Assembly: GCA_964624405.1 (NCBI GenBank)
Contig: CAZUXA010000008.1
Coordinates: 25,078 to 89,077 of the forward strand
Origin: an uncultured bacterium
GTDB taxonomy: Bacteria > Fermentibacterota > Fermentibacteria > Fermentibacterales > JCC-6
Length of the DNA stretch: 64,000 nucleotides
Direction of reading: 5' to 3'
Shown piece by piece: positions 8,942 through 18,139 of this stretch. Each line of letters opens with the position of its first letter. Within the stretch, counting starts at the first letter, position 1. A program made the position numbers and the translations under genes. The notes under the pieces were generated by a model. That model did no database searches and was not told the DNA's origin. It was given only the letters and a program-made list of their open reading frames with translations.

Positions 8942-10937
8942 AGTCCGTCCTGTTCAGAATGTCCATGAAGACATGCCAGACATCCTCCTGTTTGGATCTG
9001 TTCAGGCCGCATTGGTCAAATTGACCTTCGGCGTCTTTTTCCTGAATCGTGCGCTTCACGGCCTGGGCTATCTCATCCTTGTCGTTCAGCATTCGGGCGG
9101 CGCTGGAAGCGGCGTCGGCGGTCATCACCAGGGCCGCCTCGATGGACCTGGGGGGCGGCCCGGGATACTCGAAGGCTCGTTCATCGACAACCTCACCCGG
9201 CCGGGCATTTTTGCGGGCCTTCACCAGAAAGCTCATGGCCCTTCCTGTTCCGTGGTGCTCACGGATGATGTCGCCGACTTCCTGGGGAAGGTGGTGTTTC
9301 CTGGCCAGTTTCAGACCGCTGGCCACATGGTCGATGATAACAGCGGCGCTTTCGTAGGGGTCCATGTGGTCATGGGGGTTGTAGAAGGCCTGGTCGGTCA
9401 TGTTTTCAATGAACATTCCGGGCTGTTTCAACTTGCCGATGTCGTGGTAGTAGCCCCCCATCCTGGCAAGGTCCTGGTCTGCGCCCAGCTGCCTCGCCGC
9501 GGCGGAGGCCAGTTCCGCCACCTGCATGGAGTGCTGGTAGGTTCCCATGGCCTCGCTTCTCATTCTTACCCGGAGAGGATGGCTGTCGCTGAGAAGCCCG
9601 GCATATGTGAGGGGGGTGGTGACCCTGAAGAGGAGTTCCACCGGATGGATCAGAACCCTGGCAATGGCAATGGAGATGAAGGGAACACCGGCGAGACGGG
9701 CCACGATCCCCAGGTTGAAGGCGTAGCCCGGCCCTATCCACATGGTGTGAAGCGCCCAGTAAACCAGCACGCTGAAAGCGATGGAACTCAGCAGTGCGAG
9801 GGAGATGCCCCGCTCTGAAACCTGGCGAAATACACCCGAAGTGGAAATCGCCGGCAGGGCCGATACGATGAACAGCGTAAAGGGGCTTTCGCTTCCCAGA
9901 GCGGCAAGGGCGCTGAAGAGCAGGGCGAGAAACCAGGAATGGTACACCCCGGAGGAATCGAAGAACACCGCGGTCATGCATGCTCCGAAAACGCTGAACG
10001 CGATCACCCTGGATCCGGGGTCAGCCTTCCAGAGCAGCCCGGTGCATACCAGGGCCAGCATCCATATGCTTCCGAGAAGAAGCACCCTGAACGGAGAAGT
10101 CAGAACCTTGCCCATGCACTTCGCTCCGTAGGCGATTCCCATTACAACGATGAATACCGGGGGGATCAGCCTTGCCGCGGCCCGGAGCGGCCCGGGGTAG
10201 GATGCGGCGCTGTTCATGGCGTTGAAAACCCGGAGGAACTCATGATCGGCGATACCCCCCATGCGCAGCAGCGTATCTCCCTGCAGGTATACCCTTTCCA
10301 CTCTGTCCACCCGGTTCGCCGCCTGATTCGCGGCGCTGTCCGTGGCGGATGGTACCGGAATAAGATCCGCCCTGAGGAAGTCCGCGAGGCTTTCCGCAAA
10401 CTCGGGGAAAGCGGGTTGAAGAACCCTGCGCAGCGAGGCTCGGGCTTCGCGGATATCGGTGTATGACTGCATGACAGCATGGGTTCTGGTGTTGTCGCCG
10501 TGGACAACCACCACTGAGTCGCTGCTGGTAAAGGCCCGCAGCGCTTCCATGTCTATGATGCCGTTTCCGTAATAATCGTTTCGTTCGATTCCCGCGGTGT
10601 AACTGGAATCAGCGCCGAGGTTTTCAAGGGCAACCCGGAGTTCCGCAAGTGAGCGCCGGCGCAAAGAGCTGTCAAGCTGTAGAACAACCGGAGCCGCGAC
10701 TCTGGCCAGGTTCCTGAGGGAATCCAGGGCTTCCCGGGAGTATTCCAGTTCAAACCTCACCGGAGTGATGATGTCGGTGGAGACCGGTTCGCCCAGGGTG
10801 GGATTCCAATCGGAAAAAACCGCCTTGCCCCCGAACAGCGCTACCCATATCGTGAGAATACCGCCGGCGACCACAACGGCCATGGTCTTCCTGCCCATGC
10901 TACTCCTCATGTTCGTCGGCGCTTCCAAAAGCTTCAA
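8907..10937 (-). CDS. 7TM receptor with intracellular HD hydrolase (HDIG domain; YqfF/PgpH family). The start is uncertain, with alternative in-frame Met codons at 10910 and 10883.
   Basis: A multi-pass membrane N-terminal half is followed by an HD domain containing HDIGK...HH. It overlaps the phoH stop, as is typical for the phoH-yqfF-ybeY cluster. Confidence 0.75.
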   Translation of the reverse strand: MKLLEAPTNMRSSMGRKTMAVVVAGGILTIWVALFGGKAVFSDWNPTLGEPVSTDIITPVRFELEYSREALDSLRNLARVAAPVVLQLDSSLRRRSLAELRVALENLGADSSYTAGIERNDYYGNGIIDMEALRAFTSSDSVVVVHGDNTRTHAVMQSYTDIREARASLRRVLQPAFPEFAESLADFLRADLIPVPSATDSAANQAANRVDRVERVYLQGDTLLRMGGIADHEFLRVFNAMNSAASYPGPLRAAARLIPPVFIVVMGIAYGAKCMGKVLTSPFRVLLLGSIWMLALVCTGLLWKADPGSRVIAFSVFGACMTAVFFDSSGVYHSWFLALLFSALAALGSESPFTLFIVSALPAISTSGVFRQVSERGISLALLSSIAFSVLVYWALHTMWIGPGYAFNLGIVARLAGVPFISIAIARVLIHPVELLFRVTTPLTYAGLLSDSHPLRVRMRSEAMGTYQHSMQVAELASAAARQLGADQDLARMGGYYHDIGKLKQPGMFIENMTDQAFYNPHDHMDPYESAAVIIDHVASGLKLARKHHLPQEVGDIIREHHGTGRAMSFLVKARKNARPGEVVDERAFEYPGPPPRSIEAALVMTADAASSAARMLNDKDEIAQAVKRTIQEKDAEGQFDQCGLNRSKQEDVWHVFMDILNRTDYERVKDYPVGS

Positions 10938-11844
10938 TGATTTTCTGAACCAGGGGGTGTCTCACCACATCTTCCTTTTCCAGGTAGACAAAAGCAACTT
11001 CATTCACTCCCCGGAGTATTTTCTGTATTCTGACAAGCCCGGAGCTTGACTGTGGTTTAATATCAATCTGCGTCACATCGCCTGTGACCACAAGCCGGGA
11101 TCCGTAACCCATTCGGGTGAGAAACATTTTGAGCTGGGTAAGGGTTGTGTTCTGGGCTTCATCGAGTATAACGAATGAATTGTTCAGGGTTCGGCCCCGC
11201 ATGTACGCCAGGGGCGCCACCTCTATGATTCCGGCTTCCATGTTCCTTGCCACTCCCGCCGGCGTCAGTGTGTCGTCGAGTGAATCGTAAATGGGCCTGA
11301 GATAAGGGTCGATCTTCTGTTGAAGATCGCCGGGAAGAAAACCCAGGTTTTCGCCGGCCTCCACCGCGGGCCGGGTTAGAATAATCCTCTCGACCCTTCC
11401 GTCCCGCAGGGCGCTCACCGCGGCGGCCACCGCCAGAAAGGTCTTGCCGGTTCCGGCGGGGCCTATGCTGAACACAAGCTCATGGTTGAGCATGGATTTC
11501 AGATAGTACTCCTGACCGGGTGTTCTGGGAACGATTCTGCCCGCCCGCCCCGGCACTTCGAGAACGATGCCGGAAGCCTTCATTTCCGGAAACTCAAGGG
11601 CTTTGACCAGCGCTCCGGCGCTTACCTTTCCGCAGGAACGATACTCGGCCAGCAGCCTTTCAACCGCTGCCTGGGCCCGATCCAGAGACCTCGGGGTGCC
11701 GGAAAAGATCAGTGTGGAATCACGGTAGACCGCAGACACCCCGAGAGCCCTGCATATCTCCCGAAGGTTGGCATCACCCGAACCGAGCAGATGCCTGGCG
11801 TCGTCGGGTGGAACCGGAATGCGTCTTCTTGAGGGCGCTTTCAT
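10900..11844 (-). CDS. phoH: PhoH-like ATPase
   Basis: The Walker A motif GPAGTGKT is present, and the sequence reads as PhoH family throughout. Confidence 0.9.
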   Translation of the reverse strand: MKAPSRRRIPVPPDDARHLLGSGDANLREICRALGVSAVYRDSTLIFSGTPRSLDRAQAAVERLLAEYRSCGKVSAGALVKALEFPEMKASGIVLEVPGRAGRIVPRTPGQEYYLKSMLNHELVFSIGPAGTGKTFLAVAAAVSALRDGRVERIILTRPAVEAGENLGFLPGDLQQKIDPYLRPIYDSLDDTLTPAGVARNMEAGIIEVAPLAYMRGRTLNNSFVILDEAQNTTLTQLKMFLTRMGYGSRLVVTGDVTQIDIKPQSSSGLVRIQKILRGVNEVAFVYLEKEDVVRHPLVQKIIEAFGSADEHEE

Positions 11845-11860
11845 TTTCAGCTGATGTGAA

Positions 11861-11893
11861 CAGGCTCCCCGTTCGATTGGAACGGGGAGCCTG
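11861..11893. terminator. perfect 14-bp stem-loop (caggctccccgttc/gaacggggagcctg) between the lysM-gene stop and the phoH start
   Basis: The inverted repeat is seen directly. The flanking U-tract is weak, so this could be a terminator or an RNA-processing hairpin. Confidence 0.5.
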
Positions 11894-11915
11894 AAACTTG
11901 GTCCACTATCCGTTG

Positions 11916-12581
11916 TTAGCGGGAAGTACCGCGGGTTGTGCCGCGGGGGATAGTGAGAACCTGCCCCGGGAAGATCAGGTTGGGGTTGCTGATCTTGTCA
12001 CGGTTGGCTTCGTAAAGCTGGGGCCACATTCCGCGATCGCCGTAGACGATGCCGTATCCGGCGATTTTGCCCAGGAAGTCACCCTCGATGACGGTGTAGC
12101 TGGTGGCGTAGGGAACCGGAACGATGATGGTGTCGCCGGCGTAGATCAGGTTGGGATTGCTGATCTTGTCGCGGTTGCGGTCGTAGATCTTGGGCCACTG
12201 GGTGCCATCGTTGAAGTAGTAATGGTAGCTGGCAATGCGCCAGAGGCTCTCGCCCTCGACGATGCGGTGGGGAACGCCGGAGCCCCGAAGGCGGGTGATT
12301 TCGCCGCGAAGCCAGGAAATGTCCTGGTTGAGCTGGTTGACGATGCCCTGAAGTTCGTCTCTCTGGGCGCGGAGAGGAAGCACTCTGGCCTCCCACTCGG
12401 CAACCAGGGCGTCGGCCTCGGCCTTGCGCCACTCCCAGTAGGCAATCTGCTTGGCGATGTTCTTGTTGCCCCAGGACTCGACTTCAGTCTGGGTGAGCTG
12501 AGACAGTTCCTCTGCGGACCAGGTGCGGGCGAAGCCCACGGCCGCGACGAGGATCAGAGCCAACACGAATAAGTTACGCAT
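11916..12581 (-). CDS. secreted LysM-domain protein with N-terminal coiled coil (two LysM repeats)
   Basis: A signal peptide is followed by two repeats of the NRDKISNPNLI motif. Each repeat is followed by a LysM-like core (YTVIEGDFLGKIA and PGQVLTIP). Confidence 0.7.
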   Translation of the reverse strand: MRNLFVLALILVAAVGFARTWSAEELSQLTQTEVESWGNKNIAKQIAYWEWRKAEADALVAEWEARVLPLRAQRDELQGIVNQLNQDISWLRGEITRLRGSGVPHRIVEGESLWRIASYHYYFNDGTQWPKIYDRNRDKISNPNLIYAGDTIIVPVPYATSYTVIEGDFLGKIAGYGIVYGDRGMWPQLYEANRDKISNPNLIFPGQVLTIPRGTTRGTSR

Positions 12582-12595
12582 TTCTCTCGTCCTTT

Positions 12596-12862
12596 CTAGC
12601 GGCCGGTCCCGCCGAGACCTTCGTACTCGGCCTGGAGTTCTGCCTTTTCCTGCTGGAGCTGCGGAATCTGCTGCTCGAGCTGAGGAATCTGCTGGTTCAG
12701 CTGCTCGTACTCGTTCTGCAGGCTAACCACCCTGGCTTCAGCGGCAAGAGCCGCGGAACGGGCGTTATCCCGAGCGCGAATCTGCTCTTGGCTTGGGCCG
12801 CAGGCAGTGAGCAGCAGGGATACGGCAAGGATTACAAGACAGATGCTCTTTGTCCTGTGCAT
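12596..12862 (-). CDS. small coiled-coil lipoprotein (start at internal ATG 12862 with GGAGG RBS; the longer 158-aa ORF is rejected)
   Basis: A lipobox LLLTAC|G and a Q/L/E-rich heptad region QQIPQLEQQIPQLQQ are present. GGAGG lies 7 nt upstream of ATG 12862. Confidence 0.65.
   Translation of the reverse strand: MHRTKSICLVILAVSLLLTACGPSQEQIRARDNARSAALAAEARVVSLQNEYEQLNQQIPQLEQQIPQLQQEKAELQAEYEGLGGTGR
12651..12692. repeat. in-CDS 21-nt tandem repeat (2 copies, 18/21 identical) encoding QQIPQLE repeats
   Basis: The copies are gctggagctgcggaatctgct and gctcgagctgaggaatctgct. Confidence 0.6.
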
Positions 12863-12989
12863 CCCCATACCTCCTTCCAATTGCTTCTGTTGGTGTGCAC
12901 TTCTTCCCCACGAATCCCTGGATGGGTTTACCCCTTTATCAAGGAACACGAAAACCCCGCTTGGGAACTGTACCCTAAGGCAGACAGGG

Positions 12990-13385
12990 TCAACTGTCAA
13001 GCGGTGGGCAAGTTGTTCCCCCATGATTTTTCCGTTTCCCTCCATGCAAAGATAAATAACGCAGAACCGCAAGGGAGGTCAACAGCCCTGCGATATCGGC
13101 GAGAACATCCGCAAGGTCGCACTGTCTTCCGGGTACGAAATGCTGGTGAACCTCGTCCAGGACCGCCCAGACGCCACCGGAAACCGCGTTGTACAGGAAG
13201 GCCCGCCGGGGCCACATGTCACGATTCACATGCAGTGCCAGGCCCAGCCCGGCGAACTGCAGAAAGTGAAAAGCCTTGTCCTGATGGGGAAACAGCTCGA
13301 AGGGCGGCTTCAGGGACGGCTGATGACTCAGCCAGGCGATCAGCAGCGCCACCGCCACCAGGAAAAACCTCCGGGGAATCAGCAC
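12990..13385 (-). CDS. VanZ-like family membrane protein
   Basis: It is a small polytopic membrane protein with the VanZ-like pattern (FLYNAVSGGVWAVLDE...DVLADIAG). Confidence 0.55.
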   Translation of the reverse strand: MLIPRRFFLVAVALLIAWLSHQPSLKPPFELFPHQDKAFHFLQFAGLGLALHVNRDMWPRRAFLYNAVSGGVWAVLDEVHQHFVPGRQCDLADVLADIAGLLTSLAVLRYLSLHGGKRKNHGGTTCPPLDS

Positions 13386-15325
13386 GGCGTCTTCCCGAAC
13401 TGGTCCACCGAAAGCACCAGGGGGGCCGCGCCCTTGCTGTGGGCCTTCTTCAGGGCTTCTTCAGCGTAGGCGGACAACCTGAGAACCATGCGGTCCACCC
13501 TGGAGGCGGCCCCGCCGGCTGCAACAGCAACCGGTACATCTCTTCCGTCCAACTCGAAGGGCCTGATGCTGAAAGCTTCCATTATCTTCACCGCGTAGGC
13601 CTGTGCCGCGGCCCGGTCCGCCCCGGGAATGGATACCAGAAATCTGCCGGGAGAACAGCGGGTCATCATGAAGGGCTGGCCAAGGGCGGCGGCTATTCTT
13701 TCCGAAGCCCCGGCCAGTATCGCGTCGCAGGTACGGATACCGTACTCGCGGTTCAAAGCCCGGAATCCCACTATGTCCACCGCCAGCACCGCAACGGACA
13801 TTCCCTTTCTCACTTCGGTCACCAGGCCGTGAAGGTCGTCCTGAAAGTCTGCGTAGAGGGGAAGACCGGTAATGCTGTCCTGCCTGGAGAGGGCCTGAAG
13901 CCTCTGGATGGCCACCATTCGGGCGGAAAACAGCCCGAAAACAGAGCTCAGCGCTTCGAACTGCCTTGCGTGTTCCGGAGTGATTCCGCTTTCGCGGGGG
14001 CTTTCCACTACCAGAACGCCAAACACCGACCTCTCGGAATAGAGGGGGACCGCACAGCACGAACCCACCTGCCGGTCGGGGTCTTCGTCGGGGGTGAAGG
14101 GCCTGATGCTCATGTCACCCCTGGCCATGCTTTTTCTATGGGCAACCTTGCGGTTGGAAACCGCCCAGCCCGCCATTCCCCGATCCGCCGGGAAAAGCCT
14201 GCCCCTCCTTCGGGAACCGTGGTAGCCCAGGGTTTCGTAGACCTGCAGATTCCTCGCGTCGGGAGTGAGGACCGCCACCGTCACCGTGACCCCGGGCAGA
14301 TGCCTCGACAGGCCCACCACCATAGCGTGGACCGCGGCCTTCAAATCCCTCACGGAGCCGAGTTCAAGACATGTCTCGGCCAGCATGCCGGGGGTCGGCC
14401 CGGTATTCACCTCCCACGCGGAGCCCAGAGCGCCCGCGGCGTCCAGAAGGATGTCCCCCGCCTCGACCGGGGCGGGACTGCTGAAAAAATCGCAGATGAC
14501 GAAACCCCCGGGAACCCCTCCCCTGGTCAGGGAGGTCATAACCACGCTGGCGGTGCCGGGGTCACTGATGTACCACGGCAGCCGCCGCTTTGATGTTATG
14601 TCGAGGGTAACGATGCCTTCGGCGCCCAGGGCGGAGGTGAGGAACGGGTCGGAGGAGTCCGGCATGAAGTGAGAGGCAACGGTTCCCGCGGAAACCAGGT
14701 AATCCGACAGCCGGTAACATTCTCCGTCCCTGACCACAAGAAAAACGCCGTTGGCGCCGGTTGCCCGTTGAAGAAGGGGAAGCAGGCTTCTGGCCACATC
14801 TTCGGGAAACGCCGGGCTCTCCCCACCGGGAGGAAGCCTTTCGGGCTTCTCCGGCGCAGGAAAACCCCGGGACTCCAGAAGCAGGTCCGCGCCGAGCATG
14901 CTCAGGAAGGGGGCCGCAAAGGCGGCCAAAGCCCCGGGCAGCAGGTTGAGCACCGCCACGGAACTGCCCCATCCCGGGGCGAGGTGGCCAAGCAGTTCGG
15001 AGATGGAGACAATGATACCGGTGTAATAAAGGGGGCCCGAGATGGAAGGCATTTTCATCCAGGCGAACAGCAGGGGGTAAACCACCACAGCGGGTGAAAA
15101 GGAGCCTCCCAGAAGCCTTATGGACACCGCCGCCAAAGCCGCGGTGAAAATCGTGACTCCTGAGGCCGGCGTGCTGTCTCTCAGAAGAAGATGCGCGGCG
15201 AAAAGCACCGTTACCGCCAGAAGCGCCAGACCTGCCACGGAAATCTCCAGTGTGCCCGGGTGTGGAAATCCCAGGGCGAGAGCGGCGAAGAGGACATGGG
15301 AAATGATTTTCAGCAGGGCTTTCAT
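13379..15325 (-). CDS. membrane-anchored GAF sensor protein with a degenerate GGDEF domain (SPGRF in place of GG[DE]EF)
   Basis: An N-terminal multi-TM region, GAF-like segments and a C-terminal GGDEF-fold are present. In the GGDEF-fold the signature reads RCSPGRF. Confidence 0.6.
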   Translation of the reverse strand: MKALLKIISHVLFAALALGFPHPGTLEISVAGLALLAVTVLFAAHLLLRDSTPASGVTIFTAALAAVSIRLLGGSFSPAVVVYPLLFAWMKMPSISGPLYYTGIIVSISELLGHLAPGWGSSVAVLNLLPGALAAFAAPFLSMLGADLLLESRGFPAPEKPERLPPGGESPAFPEDVARSLLPLLQRATGANGVFLVVRDGECYRLSDYLVSAGTVASHFMPDSSDPFLTSALGAEGIVTLDITSKRRLPWYISDPGTASVVMTSLTRGGVPGGFVICDFFSSPAPVEAGDILLDAAGALGSAWEVNTGPTPGMLAETCLELGSVRDLKAAVHAMVVGLSRHLPGVTVTVAVLTPDARNLQVYETLGYHGSRRRGRLFPADRGMAGWAVSNRKVAHRKSMARGDMSIRPFTPDEDPDRQVGSCCAVPLYSERSVFGVLVVESPRESGITPEHARQFEALSSVFGLFSARMVAIQRLQALSRQDSITGLPLYADFQDDLHGLVTEVRKGMSVAVLAVDIVGFRALNREYGIRTCDAILAGASERIAAALGQPFMMTRCSPGRFLVSIPGADRAAAQAYAVKIMEAFSIRPFELDGRDVPVAVAAGGAASRVDRMVLRLSAYAEEALKKAHSKGAAPLVLSVDQFGKTPC

Positions 15326-15664
15326 AGCCTGGAATGTAACGAAATCCGAAGTGGGGTGTGGAGGGGTTGACGCCGGATCAAAATGGCTAGATTATTCCAT
15401 TGTCATTTTGTCGCAGGCAATTTCATAAGAATACACATTCTCCTCGAGGCAAAAAGCCAAAGTCATAAACCTGTGCTCCGCTATCATTGCGGTAGAATCT
15501 CAACACAATTGTACAGAAGTAACAGACCAAAAAGAAAAGACCCCAAAGATTCAACCGACCCCAGAGACTCCCGGGAATACCGGGATCAGGAAAGGTATTC
15601 GCGGCCCAGGGGCAACTATCCGGCGTTTACCGGCCCCACTTCCAGCGACCTGGAAAACAAAACC
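15326..15664 (+). promoter_or_regulatory. AT-rich promoter plus long rho leader with a C/A-rich, G-poor rut-like tract (about 15515-15585)
   Basis: Local GC drops to about 40%. A tract acagaccaaaaagaaaagaccccaaagattcaaccgaccccagagactccc lies immediately upstream of rho. Confidence 0.45.
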
Positions 15665-16888
15665 ATGGCCGAGCTTCAGGTTCTTGCCAAGGAAAGCGGC
15701 ATAAAGCGGGTATCCGGTGTTCGAAAAGGCGAACTGATTCAGAGCCTGCTCGAGGCATCAGCGGAAAAGAACGGGTTCGATTACGCCCGGGGAGTGCTTG
15801 AGGTACTGGGTGAGGGCTACGGGTTTCTTCGCTCGCCTGAATGCAATTACCTCCCGGGTGTCGAGGATGTTTACGTATCGCCTTCACAGATCAAGAAGTT
15901 CTCGCTTCTCACCGGCGACACCATCACGGGCCAGGCCCGGAAACCCAGAGACGGCGAGAAGTATTTCGCCCTGGTCAGGGTGGAGAACATCAACGGGATC
16001 AATCCTGAGGCCGCGAGAACCCGAAGAAGATTCGATGACCTGACCCCGTTCTACCCCGAAGAGAAATTCTCCCTGGAAACCTCTCCAGATGAGTACTGCG
16101 GGCGAATCATGGACCTTCTGTCCCCGATAGGAAAAGGACAGAGAGCCCTGATAGTGTCGCCTCCCAGGGCGGGAAAAACGATTCTCCTTCAACACATCGC
16201 CAATTCCATCACGGCCAACAGCCCGGAAACCCATCTGATCATCCTGCTCATCGACGAAAGGCCGGAGGAAGTCACGGACATGAAACGGAATGTGAAGGGG
16301 GAGGTTATCAGTTCAACCTTCGACGAGGCGCCCAAGCGCCATGTTCACATCGCCGACCTTGTTCTGGAAAAGGCCAAACGGATGGTGGAGTGCGGCAGGG
16401 ATGTGGTCATTCTTCTGGACAGCATCACCAGGCTGGCCCGGGCCAACAACCAGGTGGTTCCCCACTCAGGCAAAATCCTTTCCGGCGGTGTGGATTCAAA
16501 CGCGCTTCAAAGGCCCAAAAGGTTCTTCGGCGCCGCGCGGAACATAGTTGAAGGCGGCAGCCTCACAATCGTGGGTACCGCCCTGGTTGATACCGGCAGC
16601 CGGATGGACGAGGTCATCTTCGAAGAATTCAAAGGCACCGGAAACTGCGAAATCGTCCTGGACAGGCGGCTGGCGGATCGCAGGATATTCCCCGCCATAG
16701 ATATCACCCGTTCCGGTACACGCAGGGAAGACCTTCTGTTCTCGGAAGACGACCTCAGCCGGGTATGGGTCATCAGAAGAATACTTGTGGAAATGAACCC
16801 GGTGGAAGCCATGGAAACCCTTAAGAAGCAGCTTTCCAAACAAAACTCCAACAAGCGCTTCCTTGACAACCTGGTGGCCACGGAATAG
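15665..16888 (+). CDS. rho: transcription termination factor Rho (start called at ATG 15665). The in-frame TTG 15509 would add a 52-aa R/K/D-rich extension, and the ORF-track ATG 15383 is rejected.
   Basis: An N-terminal helix bundle plus cold-shock domain ([15 protein letters not shown]) is present. The RecA-like core contains Walker A PPRAGKT and the Q and R loops, and the length is about 408 aa. Confidence 0.85.
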   Translation: MAELQVLAKESGIKRVSGVRKGELIQSLLEASAEKNGFDYARGVLEVLGEGYGFLRSPECNYLPGVEDVYVSPSQIKKFSLLTGDTITGQARKPRDGEKYFALVRVENINGINPEAARTRRRFDDLTPFYPEEKFSLETSPDEYCGRIMDLLSPIGKGQRALIVSPPRAGKTILLQHIANSITANSPETHLIILLIDERPEEVTDMKRNVKGEVISSTFDEAPKRHVHIADLVLEKAKRMVECGRDVVILLDSITRLARANNQVVPHSGKILSGGVDSNALQRPKRFFGAARNIVEGGSLTIVGTALVDTGSRMDEVIFEEFKGTGNCEIVLDRRLADRRIFPAIDITRSGTRREDLLFSEDDLSRVWVIRRILVEMNPVEAMETLKKQLSKQNSNKRFLDNLVATE

Positions 16889-16921
16889 ATTCGTTGCGTC
16901 TTTTCCCATGGAGGATATAAC

Positions 16922-17140
16922 GTGAAAAAGGGAATTCATCCCAAATACAAAGACGCCGTGTTTTCCTGCGCCTGCGGCAACACGGTGAAAACCCGCTCAA
17001 CGGTGGGTGATGTGAAGTACGATATCTGTTCGGCCTGCCACCCCTTTTACACGGGCAAACAGAAGCTGATCGACTCCGCCGGCCGAGTTGACAAGTACCT
17101 TCGCAAGTACGGTATGAACAGGGAAGCCGGCGAAAAGTAA
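16922..17140 (+). CDS. rpmE: 50S ribosomal protein L31 (GTG start, GGAGGA RBS)
   Basis: The translation MKKGIHPKY...CxxC...[12 protein letters not shown] includes the zinc ribbon, at 72 aa. Confidence 0.9.
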   Translation: MKKGIHPKYKDAVFSCACGNTVKTRSTVGDVKYDICSACHPFYTGKQKLIDSAGRVDKYLRKYGMNREAGEK

Positions 17141-17158
17141 CCCTGCACTGAAGAACTG

Positions 17159-17187
17159 AAGCGGGGGGCGTGCGCGCCCCCCGCTTG
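17159..17187 (+). terminator. GC-rich hairpin after rpmE (gcggggggcgtgcgcgccccccgc)
   Basis: It is a 10-bp stem but the downstream U-tract is weak, so it may act as an attenuator. Confidence 0.45.
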
Positions 17188-17209
17188 GTCTCATGGACGG
17201 GAGGCCCGT

Positions 17210-18139
17210 TTGCCAGGCTCAAGCTTCCTGGGCGGCCAGGCTCTGGTGGAGGGGGTTTTCATGCGCTCCCCCTCGGGTTCCGCGGCGGCGGTACGAATGC
17301 CCGACGGAACCATTCTGGCCCGACGATTCACCATTCCTCTCCTGGCTTCCAGTGGCAGCGTATGGAAAAAGCCCATCTTCAGAGGAGCCGCCTCGATCAT
17401 CGATTCGATGAGGCTGGGCTTCACCGCGCTGAACTGGTCCGCGGAAGCTCTGGACGGAAAGCAGTCATCAAAGGCAAGCGGCTGGCTTACCATGGCCCTG
17501 GCCATGGTTCTGGCGGTGGCGCTGTTCTCATGGCTTCCCCTGAGGCTTTCCCAGTGGGTTTTCCCCGGCGCGGGATCAACGGGGCAGTTCATCGTTCATC
17601 TGGCCGCGGGGCTGCTGAGAATGGTTTTCTTTCTTCTGTACATCTTCGGCATTTCCCTGATGCCGGATGTGAAGCGCCTCTTCGCCTACCACGGCGCTGA
17701 GCACCAGGTTATCCACGCCTGGGAGGACGGCGAGGCCGATCTGAAGTCGGGAGGCGACGGGAAGAACCCCGTTCATGCCAGGTGCGGCACAAGCTTTCTT
17801 CTTTACGCCATGATCATCACGATTCTGTTCTACACCGTGGTTGACTCTGCGGTGGTGGCTTTTCTCGGAATATCTCCCGGCCCCCTGGTCAGGGTGCTTT
17901 ACCACCTTCCGCTCATACCTCTGGTGATGGGGTTCTCCTATGAAGTGCTTAAGGTCGCGGACCGCCATCTGGAAACCTCCCGGCTGGCCAGGGCGTTTTC
18001 CGCCCCGGGGCTTCTGCTTCAGAAGCTCACCACCAGAAAGGCGGACTCATCAATGCTGGAAGTGGCGGCGGTGGCCGCCGGGCTGGCTCTGGGAAGGGAT
18101 CCCGGCGATAACCCGGGATTCGAGATGGCCGAATCGTGA
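17210..18139 (+). CDS. DUF1385 family protein (YqhQ-like), TTG start
   Basis: The N-terminal [12 protein letters not shown] motif is typical of DUF1385, followed by a membrane-embedded C-terminal half. It sits in the conserved position upstream of prfA. Confidence 0.65.
   Translation: MPGSSFLGGQALVEGVFMRSPSGSAAAVRMPDGTILARRFTIPLLASSGSVWKKPIFRGAASIIDSMRLGFTALNWSAEALDGKQSSKASGWLTMALAMVLAVALFSWLPLRLSQWVFPGAGSTGQFIVHLAAGLLRMVFFLLYIFGISLMPDVKRLFAYHGAEHQVIHAWEDGEADLKSGGDGKNPVHARCGTSFLLYAMIITILFYTVVDSAVVAFLGISPGPLVRVLYHLPLIPLVMGFSYEVLKVADRHLETSRLARAFSAPGLLLQKLTTRKADSSMLEVAAVAAGLALGRDPGDNPGFEMAES

Noticed and set aside
12863-13072. long form of the lipoprotein ORF (158 aa)
   Set aside because: The upstream part overlaps the VanZ gene and has no signal peptide. 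The internal ATG 12862 has a strong GGAGG RBS and yields a canonical lipoprotein precursor.
12788-14593. 601-aa plus-strand ORF
   Set aside because: It is antisense across the VanZ and GGDEF genes. The sequence is Arg/Pro/Gly-rich and of low complexity, typical of GC-rich antisense frames.
15383-15664. ATG 15383 as rho start (501-aa form)
   Set aside because: The first 45 codons lie in an AT-rich promoter-like region and translate to implausible sequence ([21 protein letters not shown]...). The Rho helix bundle begins near MAELQVL.
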